From: Bacteriovoracaceae bacterium
GTDB lineage: Bacteria; Bdellovibrionota; Bacteriovoracia; Bacteriovoracales; Bacteriovoracaceae
Assembly (NCBI GenBank): GCA_965217035.1
Contig: OZ244226.1
Span: 2,338,146-2,402,145 of the forward strand
Reading direction: 5' to 3'
DNA length: 64,000 nucleotides
Part shown: positions 10,452 to 20,335 of the stretch, in pieces
Numbering within the stretch: the first letter of the stretch is position 1
Layout: every line of letters begins with the position of its first letter
Position numbers and translations under genes: made by a program
Notes under the pieces: model-generated
Database searches by the model: none
Seen by the model: the letters and a program-made list of their open reading frames with translations, nothing else
Told to the model about the DNA's origin: nothing

Positions 10452-11695
10452 GCTCCTAAGCTCTCTAGGTGCTTTATTCTATCCATCGCAGGTGGGTGCG
10501 AATGATAGATTTTTGAGAAAAGAGGATCTGGAGTAAGCGTACTCGCATTTTCTTTATAAAGGCTGACAAGCGCGCTGATAAGCATTTGAGCATTCGAATG
10601 CTCAGCTGCAAAACTATCGGCTTCATACTCATGCTTTCTTGAGAACATTGAGAAAAATGGCGTAAGAAAAAAAGTATAGAGTGAAGAAACCATGCTGAAT
10701 AACAAGAGTGCCATATAAGAGGATTGAGTTGATACAAAATGTCCCGTAAAAAAATCAGGACTCTTATAGCAGACTCCAAGAACATAAAAGCCTATCAAGG
10801 CACTGATAACTGAGATCGTAAGCATTTTCACGATATGCTTATGTTTAAAGTGTCCGAGCTCGTGAGCAAGAACAGCCTCTACCTCTTCATCATTTAAGCT
10901 TTTAAGAAGATTATCAAAGAAAACAATTCTTTTCGTTTTCCCAAACCCTGTAAAATAAGCATTTCCATGTGAACTTCTTTTTGAAGCATCCATGATAAAA
11001 ATCCCATTATGGGCGAATCCTATTTTATTAAGAAGATTTTCAATCTTTTCTTTCAAGCTGCCTGAATCAAGCGGTGAGAATTTATTAAACAGTGGTGCAA
11101 TAAAGTTTGGATATATTAAGATCATTAAGAATTGAAAACCAATCATAAAGCTCCAGGCATAAATCCACCATAAATCGCCAAGCTTTTCTAGAATAATGAG
11201 CATGATATAGAGAAAAGGAGCACCTATAAGGAGCGTTAAAATCAGTTGCTTAATAAGATCTATAAAAAAAACTTTTGGTGTTGTTTTGTTGAAACCAAAC
11301 TTTTCTTCAATGACAAAGGTTGCATAGAGTTTTTCGGGAATTCCTAAAAGAAGATTGACAAGAAAAAAGAGACCAAAGAGTGCAAGCCCTCGATTGATTT
11401 CTCCCTCAAAATTAGCTCTTACCCATGAGTCAAAATTTTCCAGTAATCCAAACGGCAACCAGATAAGAAGGACTCCAACTCCTAAAATATTTGTTACTTG
11501 GGCAAACCTAGATTTCGTTCTGGTATAGTGAGCAGCTTTTTGATGCTCTTCTAATGTAATTTTTCCTTCAAAAGGCTCAGGAACTACTTCCATATGTTTC
11601 TTTATATAGTTTTGATTTCTTTGAGAAAGGTAGATCTCAGCTGCAAGTTTAAGCCCTAAGAGAATGAAAAAGGCCGTTGTAAAAAATTGCTCCAT
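10448..11695 (-). CDS. M48 (Ste24-type) metalloprotease
   Basis: NAYFTGFG, AVLAHELGH, EYEAD, HSHPP; start taken at MEQFF (11695). Confidence 0.93.
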   Translation of the reverse strand: MEQFFTTAFFILLGLKLAAEIYLSQRNQNYIKKHMEVVPEPFEGKITLEEHQKAAHYTRTKSRFAQVTNILGVGVLLIWLPFGLLENFDSWVRANFEGEINRGLALFGLFFLVNLLLGIPEKLYATFVIEEKFGFNKTTPKVFFIDLIKQLILTLLIGAPFLYIMLIILEKLGDLWWIYAWSFMIGFQFLMILIYPNFIAPLFNKFSPLDSGSLKEKIENLLNKIGFAHNGIFIMDASKRSSHGNAYFTGFGKTKRIVFFDNLLKSLNDEEVEAVLAHELGHFKHKHIVKMLTISVISALIGFYVLGVCYKSPDFFTGHFVSTQSSYMALLLFSMVSSLYTFFLTPFFSMFSRKHEYEADSFAAEHSNAQMLISALVSLYKENASTLTPDPLFSKIYHSHPPAMDRIKHLESLGA

Positions 11696-11747
11696 ACTTC
11701 TTTTCCTCGTTGTTGAAGAGTCTCGCAATATTCTATAGAATTGCCGC

Positions 11748-12428
11748 ATGAAAGTCGAACAGATCTATGTGGGCAATCTTTTAAAGAATTTTGTCTATAT
11801 TCTTCATGATGAAAAGAATAGGAAGGCTTGGGTTATTGACCCCTATGATGCGAAGCAAGTTGAGAAGTTCCTTGATTCCAATAATTACGATTTAGAAATG
11901 GTGATTAATACCCATCTTCATTTTGATCATACCAAGGGAAATAAAAAGCTTTTGAAGAGATACCAAGCAAAACTTTGGGATATAGAGAAACCTGCAGATA
12001 TTGCTTTAGTAGAAGGTTATCAATTAAAAGTGAGAAAAGCTCCTGGGCATACAAAGGAGCACGTTGTTTTTACCTTGGTTAAAGAAGAAAAACAGATCGG
12101 TTTTTTTGGGGGAGATACTATTTTTCATAATGGGGTAGGGAATTGTAAAAATGGAGGGAATCTCGAGAAACTTTTCGAAACGCTTGAAGATTTAAAGTCT
12201 TGGGTCGATCCAGATGCGCTATTTTACACGGGCCATGATTATGGAATTTCTAATATCAAATTTTCTATGGCCCACAGTTCATTGGATTTATTACAAAATG
12301 AACTTGAAAGGTTTGAAAACTCCTCGACAAGAATCTTTCCTTTTGACCGAGAATTAAAAACGAATATCTTTTTAAGTGCCAACCGTGATAATTTTTTTGA
12401 TCTAAGAAATAAACGAGACCGTTGGTAA
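11748..12428 (+). CDS. gloB: Hydroxyacylglutathione hydrolase (glyoxalase II, MBL fold)
   Basis: THLHFDH, PGHT, GDTIF, GHDY, C-terminal 'LRNKRDRW'. Confidence 0.8.
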   Translation: MKVEQIYVGNLLKNFVYILHDEKNRKAWVIDPYDAKQVEKFLDSNNYDLEMVINTHLHFDHTKGNKKLLKRYQAKLWDIEKPADIALVEGYQLKVRKAPGHTKEHVVFTLVKEEKQIGFFGGDTIFHNGVGNCKNGGNLEKLFETLEDLKSWVDPDALFYTGHDYGISNIKFSMAHSSLDLLQNELERFENSSTRIFPFDRELKTNIFLSANRDNFFDLRNKRDRW

Positions 12429-12439
12429 GGAGAAATCAA

Positions 12440-12916
12440 ATGAAAAAACCAGAAGTTGGAAAAGTGGCGCCAGCCTTTACTCTTAAAAATCAAAAAGGTG
12501 AAAAAGTTTCGTTAAAAGACTTTAAAGGTGAGAAAAACGTTGTTCTTTATTTTTACCCAAAGGCGATGACACCGGGCTGTACAGTACAAGCTTGTAGTAT
12601 AAGAGATAATAAAAGATCTTTTACAAGCAAAAAAACAGTCGTACTTGGAGTAAGTCCAGACCCTGTCGAGAAACTTGAGAAGTTTCGAGATAAAGAAAGT
12701 TTGAATTTTGATTTATTGGCGGACGAAGGTCATAAAATTGCTGATAAGTATGGAGTTTGGGGACCGAAGAAGTTTATGGGAAAAACCTATGATGGAATCA
12801 ATCGAACGACCTTCATTATTGGAAAAGATGGAAAAATTAAACACGTGATGGATAAAGTAAAAACAAAAACTCACCACGATGATGTGCTTAATTTTATCAA
12901 AGATAATCTATCGTAA
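12440..12916 (+). CDS. bcp: Thioredoxin-dependent thiol peroxidase (Bcp)
   Basis: YFYPKAMTPGCTVQAC; AGGAG RBS before ATG 12440. Confidence 0.95.
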   Translation: MKKPEVGKVAPAFTLKNQKGEKVSLKDFKGEKNVVLYFYPKAMTPGCTVQACSIRDNKRSFTSKKTVVLGVSPDPVEKLEKFRDKESLNFDLLADEGHKIADKYGVWGPKKFMGKTYDGINRTTFIIGKDGKIKHVMDKVKTKTHHDDVLNFIKDNLS

Positions 12917-13139
12917 ATTTCCGACTGAGCCGGTCCAGCACTTGTTGGGCCAGCCCCACAAAGGGGAGTGGAATATGGATTTCGACGTCCCTAAAAAAAT
13001 CACCCTTTTGCCCATCAAGTGTTGAATAAAAGCAAATTCCTTCATGAGCTTCGAGTGTAAAGTAGAGAAAACTAGAGCTTTCTTTTGGGACTCTCACAAC
13101 CATTGTTTTTAGCTGATTCAATTCATTTTGATCACTCAA
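12897..13139 (-). CDS. DUF4911-like small protein
   Basis: 'FLYFTLEAHEGICFYSTLD' pattern. Confidence 0.65.
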   Translation of the reverse strand: MSDQNELNQLKTMVVRVPKESSSFLYFTLEAHEGICFYSTLDGQKGDFFRDVEIHIPLPFVGLAQQVLDRLSRKFTIDYL

Positions 13140-13261
13140 AGTTTTTTACTCCGGTAATGAGGTTTGTTTGACTTCGTGTTCCAGTGTTCTACAATAAAAT
13201 TAATGGTTTATCGAGGTTTTTCCTCGTCTTTTTGTGGACTTTGTCAGGGAGGACAAGCTTC

Positions 13262-13975
13262 ATGTTTTTAAAGACAATACTTCTTTCATCTTTTCTGTTT
13301 TCAATATATTCCTGTAGCCTTATAAAGCGAACTCGTGAAAGTCTGTTGGGAAAACCTAAGCAAAGTGAATACAAAGATAAGCCAGTTCATGTTTCACGGG
13401 AAGAATATGATAAGCTTCTTGCAAAGTACGAAGATTTAAATCGAAAAATGCAGACGGCGAAAGATGACCCTTATAAAGCAAGAGAAGCTGGAGTCCATGA
13501 GATTATAGGTGATCTCAATGCTGCCAATGAGAAGAACAACCAATTTGAAACGGCGGAATTAGGGGCTTCTGAAGGGCCAATGCCCATTAATATTCAAACC
13601 GAAAATATTTCTCAATCTCCGAATAATATTGAATCAGAAATTAATTCTTACAAAGAGGGATTAAATGCTTTTCGATCAAGCGATTTCTTAAAATCTGCAG
13701 TGATCTTTAAAGGTTTAACAAGTTCTCCTATTATACAGATCAGGGCCCGATCATTGTATTACGCAGCTCTTATTAAGTTTGTTAATAAGGACTACGCCAA
13801 AGCATTGCCACTTTTTGAGCAAGTTGTTGCGAATTACAGTTCTTCCGTTGTTTCTGTGAAGGCTCTTAAGTATGCTGAAAGGTGTGCGGAATCTCTCGGT
13901 GATCAGAACAAATCATTGGAATACCGTCAAGCGGTACAGGTTTTTAGTGAGTTGTTAGTGGGATTAAACGATTAA
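13262..13975 (+). CDS. TPR lipoprotein (CpoB/YbgF-like)
   Basis: Lipobox-like IYSC, coiled coil, C-terminal TPR helices. Confidence 0.7.
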   Translation: MFLKTILLSSFLFSIYSCSLIKRTRESLLGKPKQSEYKDKPVHVSREEYDKLLAKYEDLNRKMQTAKDDPYKAREAGVHEIIGDLNAANEKNNQFETAELGASEGPMPINIQTENISQSPNNIESEINSYKEGLNAFRSSDFLKSAVIFKGLTSSPIIQIRARSLYYAALIKFVNKDYAKALPLFEQVVANYSSSVVSVKALKYAERCAESLGDQNKSLEYRQAVQVFSELLVGLND

Positions 13976-13976
13976 C

Positions 13977-16010
13977 ATGAAATATATTCTTCTCTTTTTA
14001 TTTTCTTTTTCAATCACGTCTTATTCTCAAGACGATTTTGAAGAACTGATCGAGGATGATCTCGAGGCCCTGGAAGAAGAGCTTAACCTTAAAGACATAG
14101 AATCGAATATTGATAATCTGACAGAAGATCTGGAAGGTGATCTTGCAAGTGAGCTTGATAGTATCGAAGAAGACTTTACGAATGATTTAGGAGAAGAAAA
14201 ACCAAAAAAGAAAAAAGTAACGAAGAAGACTAAAAAAACTAAAAAGAAAAAAGTTGCAAAGAAAAAAATAAAGAAGACCAAAAAACAAAAATTTCAAGAA
14301 CTGGAAGAATTTGAAGAAGATAAAATTAAAGATATTAAGATTTCGGACAATAGCACAGAAGGTTTTGATGTAGGAGCAGAGGAAAGAGAGCTCCTTTCAC
14401 TCGCTGACAAGATTGCTTTTAAGATTGATGACTCTCGTTGGGAAAATATCAAAAAGAACTCAAGTGTGACTTCTACTTACCAAGTTGTTGAAGGTGATTG
14501 GCTCTTTAAGATCTCTAAAAATCTTTTTGGGACAGGTCATTATTATCCTAAGATATGGGCATTAAACCCTTATATTACTAATCCGCATGAGATTGAACCT
14601 GGAATGATTCTGATCTTTGATACAGGAGCAGGGGAAGCACCTACTTTGTCGCTACAAGGACATGGGAATTATTCTTCAGATTGGTTAGCTGAGAAGAAAC
14701 GACTTAAAGCTCAAGGAGTTCATGTCGAATATGCTTCTGATTCCATGGCAAAAATTGTTGAAGATATTGGTAGACCTGAAAATGAAGAATACAAAAAATA
14801 CACTCCACCAAGAAGAAAAGAACATATCATTGAGCTTTCAAAAGAATACGGCGAGGGGGGATTTTCCAAATCAAGTGTTGCCGTAAGAGATTATAAACAA
14901 GGTTTCTCCATTAATACATTTCTTACGCCGAATAAAATTGAGGATTTCGGATATATTACCGATGGAATTAAAAACAGCCTCATGATTACAAATAATGACA
15001 AAGCTTATATCAAAGTTTCCAGTGATCAAGAAGATGAGATTGGAGTTGGTGATGTTTTCTCTGTTTATTCCAAGTCAAAAGAAAAGTCGACTCATAAGAA
15101 TTCAGATCGCTCAGGGTATAAATATTCTATTCTTGGACATGTAAGAGTTTTAAGAGAAATAGGTGACGAGAAATGGGAAGTCGAGGCTTTTGGAATGACT
15201 TCACCAATGCAACGAGGAGACCGTTTGACGGTTTATACTCCTAAAATTGAAAAAATTTATCGAAAATATAATTCACAACTCATTGAAGCTATTATTGTTG
15301 ATTCTCATGCTGAAATGAGATCAGTTCTTATGTCTGGAGATATTGCTTATCTTGATCGTGGTCGAGAAGATGGAGTAAGGATCGGAGATGTTTTTGGAGT
15401 TTTTAGCAATGCGGATAAGAAAACGAAAAGCTATATCGATAAAGATCCTGTTTATCTCTTAGGCAAGCTCGTTGTTATTTCATTAACTGAAGACTTTGCA
15501 ACAGTACTTGTTCTTAATGGAGGACATGTTATTCCTGTTGGGGCTTATGCTCAAACCTTAACTGAAGTTCAAGCAAATACTGAAAGTGGTGAAATGATTG
15601 AGAGTAAAGGGACGACAGAAGTCGAAATTGAAGAAGATTTAGGAGAGCAAGTTCTTGAAGATGCTGAGAAATTAAAATTATCAGAAGATGAATTAGAGGA
15701 ACTTGATCGTATTGAGAATCAGAAATCATTCATCGATGAAACCGAGAAAGATCTGAAGGATATTGAGACTCTTGAGAAAGAGACTGAAGAAGCTGAAAGC
15801 ATTCTTGATGAAGAGGATAAAAAGCTTATTGAAAAAGATCTTGAAGATCTCGAACAGGATATTGGTGCAGAAGAAGATGAGCTTGAAGCAATCGAAAAAG
15901 AAGTTGGGAAGAAGTATTTAGACGAAGAACTCAATGAAAAAGAGAACCCTTATGGGCTTTCTGAGAATGATCTTGAAGAAGTTGATGAGCTTCTTGAAGT
16001 AGAAGAATAA
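13977..16010 (+). CDS. LysM peptidoglycan-binding protein with very acidic termini
   Basis: YQVVEGDWLFKIS...WALNPYITNPHEIEPG LysM motif; signal peptide. Confidence 0.88.
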   Translation: MKYILLFLFSFSITSYSQDDFEELIEDDLEALEEELNLKDIESNIDNLTEDLEGDLASELDSIEEDFTNDLGEEKPKKKKVTKKTKKTKKKKVAKKKIKKTKKQKFQELEEFEEDKIKDIKISDNSTEGFDVGAEERELLSLADKIAFKIDDSRWENIKKNSSVTSTYQVVEGDWLFKISKNLFGTGHYYPKIWALNPYITNPHEIEPGMILIFDTGAGEAPTLSLQGHGNYSSDWLAEKKRLKAQGVHVEYASDSMAKIVEDIGRPENEEYKKYTPPRRKEHIIELSKEYGEGGFSKSSVAVRDYKQGFSINTFLTPNKIEDFGYITDGIKNSLMITNNDKAYIKVSSDQEDEIGVGDVFSVYSKSKEKSTHKNSDRSGYKYSILGHVRVLREIGDEKWEVEAFGMTSPMQRGDRLTVYTPKIEKIYRKYNSQLIEAIIVDSHAEMRSVLMSGDIAYLDRGREDGVRIGDVFGVFSNADKKTKSYIDKDPVYLLGKLVVISLTEDFATVLVLNGGHVIPVGAYAQTLTEVQANTESGEMIESKGTTEVEIEEDLGEQVLEDAEKLKLSEDELEELDRIENQKSFIDETEKDLKDIETLEKETEEAESILDEEDKKLIEKDLEDLEQDIGAEEDELEAIEKEVGKKYLDEELNEKENPYGLSENDLEEVDELLEVEE

Positions 16011-16011
16011 T

Positions 16012-16857
16012 ATGAACTCCATGAAATTATTTTTTAAGGGCTTCTTGATGGGAGCAGCTGATATTATTCCTGGCATTTCAGGGGGAACAGTTGCTCTTTT
16101 ATTGGGAATCTATCAAGAGTTTATTCAATCTCTTGCTGAGATAGACCTGAAACCTCTTTTTCGCTTTCAATTAAAAAAATTCTTGGTAACCATAAATTGG
16201 AAGTTCTTTATTCCCCTGGGTCTTGGAATCATCATAGCGATTTTCAGCTTAAGCCATCTCTTAAGTTGGCTTTTGAGCAATCATCCTGTTTATGTATGGA
16301 GCTTGTTCTTTGGTTTAGTTTTTGCCTCTGTTCTTTTTCTGATTAAAAAATACGAATGTTATAAGCTTACGGGAATTATTTTTATTGCAATTGGTTTTGT
16401 TATTGGGCTTTCAATTACAACAATGGGTTCGATTTATTTCCCAGAAAATCCTCCCTTTTTATTATTGGGGGGAATTCTTGCTTCCATGGCCATGATTCTT
16501 CCAGGGATTAGTGGTTCTTACATTTTAGTCTTAATTGGTCTTTATCAACCAGTTCTTCAAGCAGTTAAAGGCTTAAATCTTTTTCCTCTCTCTTTTTTTG
16601 TTCTTGGAGTAGGAATAGGAGTTCTTCTTGGAAGCAAAGTTTTGAAAAAGCTTTTTGCTCGTTACCCTCTACAAGTTTATTCGATTCTTTTTGGATTTAT
16701 TCTGGGAAGTCTTCCTAAAATATGGCCTTGGCACTCTGTGTCTGCAGGTCCTATTTTGCCTCAATTAGCTTCTCGCGAAGACCTTTTAGGACTTGGAATC
16801 ATGCTGATAGCCTCTATTTTCGTCATTGCCTCAATGAGGCTGACTCAGGAGAATTAG
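16012..16857 (+). CDS. DUF368 membrane protein
   Basis: KGFLMGAADIIPGISGGTVA and AMILPGISGS repeats. Confidence 0.92.
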   Translation: MNSMKLFFKGFLMGAADIIPGISGGTVALLLGIYQEFIQSLAEIDLKPLFRFQLKKFLVTINWKFFIPLGLGIIIAIFSLSHLLSWLLSNHPVYVWSLFFGLVFASVLFLIKKYECYKLTGIIFIAIGFVIGLSITTMGSIYFPENPPFLLLGGILASMAMILPGISGSYILVLIGLYQPVLQAVKGLNLFPLSFFVLGVGIGVLLGSKVLKKLFARYPLQVYSILFGFILGSLPKIWPWHSVSAGPILPQLASREDLLGLGIMLIASIFVIASMRLTQEN

Positions 16858-17109
16858 GCTCTGTTCAAATTACCGGAATTTCGGTATATTTTTTTAATCT
16901 GTAATTGTGTGGGATTCAACGAGAGGGGACCCTCCGAGTTGAGTTGTCTCTAAATGGGAGTGCCGAAGCATGAAGTGTAGGTAACTGCGAAGTTTGATAG
17001 GGTAATTGGCTTCGAAGGAGCAGGTCAGCGTTGGAAGTAGTGAAAATGATTAAACTTTTTATAGATAAAATTCTTTGGTCAGTGGATTGGGTAGTAGTAC
17101 ACCAAAAAA

Positions 17110-17186
17110 GCGGCGTTAGCTCAGCTGGATAGAGTAGTTGGCTTCGAACCAATTGGTCGGGAGTTCGAATCTCTCACGCCGCGCCA
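17110..17186 (+). tRNA. tRNA-Arg(TCG)
   Basis: 77-nt cloverleaf GCGGCGT..ACGCCGC-G-CCA, D-arm AGCTCAGCTGGATAGAGT, anticodon loop CT-TCG-AA, T-loop GTTCGAATC. Confidence 0.96.
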
Positions 17187-17187
17187 G
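17139..17187 (+). repeat. att direct repeat, left copy (3' part of tRNA-Arg)
   Basis: 49 bp identical to 42089-42137. Confidence 0.95.
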
Positions 17188-17194
17188 ATATTTT

Positions 17195-17225
17195 AAAGGG
17201 TCTTCTTTGGAAGGCCCTTTTTTTT
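17195..17225 (+). terminator. Rho-independent terminator after tRNA
   Basis: AAAGGGTCTTC-tttg-GAAGGCCCTTT followed by a T run. Confidence 0.85.
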
Positions 17226-17262
17226 GGCTTATGGTGAGAGTTCGAATGTGAGATTTTTGGCT

Positions 17263-17749
17263 ATGAAAAAATGAACTCTCTGAGTATCAAATAACAGATG
17301 ATATGGAGCTCTCTGAGTTTTTTTATCTAGCCAAAGACTTCTTTCTAGTCCCTGACATGGTGATGAATATTGAGTATCAAAAAGAGTTTCATATAAATAG
17401 AGTTTGTGCCGCTATTGAAGGAGGGGAGTTTTCATATAAGCTCTCGAAGAAGACGAAAAAGCTTTATCGCCAATAGCAAAAAAGAAAGTGGGAATTTGAA
17501 AACAAACATTACGGCACAAGACTTAGATGGCAGATAAGAATCAATCGATTGACTGGATTGAGTATCAGAATCCCAGCTCTTGATGAACTTATTAATCACA
17601 AAATTCTTCGGTTTTTTAGCATCATTGACTGCTTGAGATCGAGAAGGAAGTATCTTAAACTTCATGGCTCGCTGGATGAGTTTAGTTATTTAGATCGAAG
17701 ATATGGAGCAACTATAAAGCTGCGAGGAAAAAAGTTTCAAGTTTCTTGA
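17263..17749 (+). pseudogene. Degraded ORF of unknown function at island left end
   Basis: Reading frame 17303-17749 continuous apart from one in-frame TAG; upstream ATG out of frame. Confidence 0.35.
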
Positions 17750-17816
17750 AGTTATTAAAAACTAATCCAATAAGAGAAAACTCCTATATTCTATAACTAA
17801 TATTATAGGTCAAAGA

Positions 17817-18707
17817 CTACTTGAGATCCTTTAGGTTGGTAACTTCGATGGTCGCTCCTGCAATTTGAACAGAATCGTGAGATTCAATCTCTCCAATAAT
17901 TCGAGTGAAAAGCTTATCCTTAGTGGATCTTCTGCTTTTAAAATCTGTTACATATCTCAGAGTAAAAGTTACCCAGTTTTCATCGGCGCTCATAGTCACG
18001 AAGTTTTTTATTTTTGCATCCTCTATGACGAATTTTTTTATTAAGTTTTTCCATTCTTTTAGAGCTTGCTCTTCATAGGTTCCTTGTATTCCAGAGGCGA
18101 GACTTTCTATTAATTGTCGTGTGGTATTTAAGTCTGATCCATATTGAATCGGGATCTTAATTTCATCCCATAGAAATGGAAAGTCTGCTGAGTAGTTAAA
18201 AACAGGCTCTTTGAAAACAAAACTGTTAGCAACTCTAACAACTCGACCACTATAGAGGTCTCCATCAACCCATGCTCCACATTCCATAAGAGTTGTTCTG
18301 AGAATTCCAATATCTATGACATCTCCACGAATGTTATTGAGTTGTACTCGGTCTCCAAGAGAGTAATAACCTGCGAAAGTGATGGCAAACCAACCGGCAA
18401 TACTAGCAATGACTTCTTGAAGAGCAAATGCTATCCCAGCTCCTGCTACACCAAAAGCAACAGTAAGCCCTTTAAGTTTATCGTTAAACACAAGACTAAC
18501 AATCAAAACAGCAAGTAAGAAAAAAGAAAAATTGAGGGCTTTCCTAGCTTTATATCTAGCATTTTGGTCTTGGACTTTGGATCCAATTGTCTTAGAAATA
18601 AAGCTTTTTAAAGCAATAGATATTAGTAACAAACATGCTGTTAATATTATTTTTCCAACGAAAGGGTCGTAGATCCACTTGTCAATCACATCTTTATATT
18701 GTTCCAT
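17817..18707 (-). CDS. Small-conductance mechanosensitive channel (MscS family)
   Basis: GAGIAFALQEVIAS, GDRVQL, GDVIDIGILRTTL. Confidence 0.92.
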   Translation of the reverse strand: MEQYKDVIDKWIYDPFVGKIILTACLLLISIALKSFISKTIGSKVQDQNARYKARKALNFSFFLLAVLIVSLVFNDKLKGLTVAFGVAGAGIAFALQEVIASIAGWFAITFAGYYSLGDRVQLNNIRGDVIDIGILRTTLMECGAWVDGDLYSGRVVRVANSFVFKEPVFNYSADFPFLWDEIKIPIQYGSDLNTTRQLIESLASGIQGTYEEQALKEWKNLIKKFVIEDAKIKNFVTMSADENWVTFTLRYVTDFKSRRSTKDKLFTRIIGEIESHDSVQIAGATIEVTNLKDLK

Positions 18708-19011
18708 AATAATATTTAGTACTATTCTACTAAGAAACAGTAAAGAGTTCTAACTCCTCCTGATGCACCAGATAGAACACCTGTCGAGGTTCCTTCAAGT
18801 GAAACAGAGGAAATGCCTATAAAAGTGCCAAGAAAGCCTATAAAGAACCCTCCCAAAGCCTAGATTGATGTAAGGATTTCCTGACAAATGTGATAGCAAT
18901 TTCTGAGATTTATGTATAAATCTTCACAAAAAATACAATAGTTACTTATTACTTTTTTTCATAAAAAAGAGAAGCTTGTGTTTGTAAGTTATTTTAACGA
19001 AGGAGTGAGAA

Positions 19012-19187
19012 GTGAATATTAAATACAAAAATGACAGTGGACTAAATGAGAGAAAGTCTAATCAATCATCACAAAGTTTAAACCTAGATGAACTTGAAGA
19101 AACTCTAAAAGAAGAGCGATTTGGATTAAGAGACCAGGAGAAGATCGAATCTATCGCCGGAAGTAAAGGAGTAACAAGTGGTGATAG
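19012..19187 (+). pseudogene. 5' fragment of a gene truncated by the IS3 element
   Basis: AAGGAG RBS + GTG; frame runs into the IS end at 19188. Confidence 0.5.
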
Positions 19188-19230
19188 TGATCAGACCCCA
19201 TACTTCGATCCAGGTTAATTAGAGATTTCT

Positions 19231-19990
19231 CTAGCACGCCAATCCCTCATTCGTAAACATGACCGTCTCCGGAGCAGGTGGTTTGTATCCCAAGCTGCTG
19301 TGAGGTCTTATCGTGTTGTAGTCTCTTCTCCACATTTCGACCAAAACCTGTGCTTCCTTTAGCGAATAAAAAACTTCACCATTTAAAAGTTCATCTCTGA
19401 GTCTACCATTAAAAGATTCTATGTAACCATTTTCCCAAGGACTCCCTGGTGTGATGTACAAAGGCTTCACCTTGAGCGTTGCTAACCACTGTCTCAATCT
19501 CTTCGCTATGAACTCAGTTTGTTTTTTACTTTGATCGCTAAAGATTCTCTTGAGAACTCATCAATCACTGTAAGCATTCTGATCTTTTTACCTCGATCTG
19601 TTTGATCATAAACAAAGTCATAACTCCAAACATGGTTTTTATATTCAGGTCTTTTTCGAATGCACGACCCATCGTTAAACCACAGTCTTCCTCGTTTAGC
19701 CTGTCTGTGAGGCACTTTTAAGCCCTCCTTCCTCCAGATTCGATAAACTCTTTTATGATTAATTTGCCAACCATCTTGCTTCAAAAGAGCGGTGATTCTT
19801 TTGTAACCATAGCGACCGTACTTCGCTGCCAAAGTGACAACGTCTTTGGTAAGTTTTTCTTCATCTGATCTTTCAGATGTTTTGTGCCTTTGCGTAGATC
19901 TTGGTTGCCCAACGAGCTTACAAGCACGACGCTCGGAGACGCCGAAGCGCTCTCCAAGCATCACGATAGCTTTTCGTTTTCTCGTTGGGC
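19231..19990 (-). pseudogene. IS3 transposase OrfB with internal deletion/frameshift
   Basis: WSYDFV and [17 protein letters not shown] present, but the segment carrying 'SDNG' is missing at ~19510. Confidence 0.88.
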
Positions 19991-20269
19991 CTAGAAGTTT
20001 CCCTTGGAGATTTCTTTGAGCATGGAAATATCCAAAGCTTGCTCGGCCACGATCTTTTTGAGTCGTGCATTCTCTTTTTGGATTTCTCTGAGTTCTTTAA
20101 CTTGATTGACTTGCATCCCTCCGTACTTTTTTCTCCACTTCGTGAAAGTCATTGGAGCGACTTCGATGACCTTAGCAGCCTCTTTAAGAGTTTTGCCCTG
20201 AGAGATGAGAATCTCAGCTTGCCGAAGTTTTGTGATGATTTCTTCTTCTGAGTAGCGTTTTCTGGACAT
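19991..20269 (-). CDS. IS3 transposase OrfA
   Basis: MSRKRYSEEEIITKLRQAE...WRKKYGGM...ENARLKKIVAE; ends at G-GGA-AAC slippery site. Confidence 0.92.
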   Translation of the reverse strand: MSRKRYSEEEIITKLRQAEILISQGKTLKEAAKVIEVAPMTFTKWRKKYGGMQVNQVKELREIQKENARLKKIVAEQALDISMLKEISKGNF

Positions 20270-20335
20270 GATCCAACTCCTTTTTGAGCGCAACATAACA
20301 CTCAAGATGTGGATCGAAAAATAGGGGTCGGGTCA

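Larger units (their letters stand above)
19188..20335 (-). mobile_element. IS3-family (IS407-group-like) insertion sequence, defective
   Basis: Imperfect IRs TGATCAGACCCCATACTTCGATCCA / TGACCCGACCCCTATTTTTCGATCCA; orfA/orfB; no target duplication. Confidence 0.9.

Noticed and set aside
14027..14281. Phe/Ser-rich antisense ORF that looks like a membrane peptide
   Set aside because: Mirror of the Lys/Glu-rich tract of the LysM gene.
18750..18863. Pro-rich reading frame (PPDAPDRTPVEVP...KPIKNPPKA*)
   Set aside because: No start codon in frame; only compositional resemblance to the 38351 peptide.
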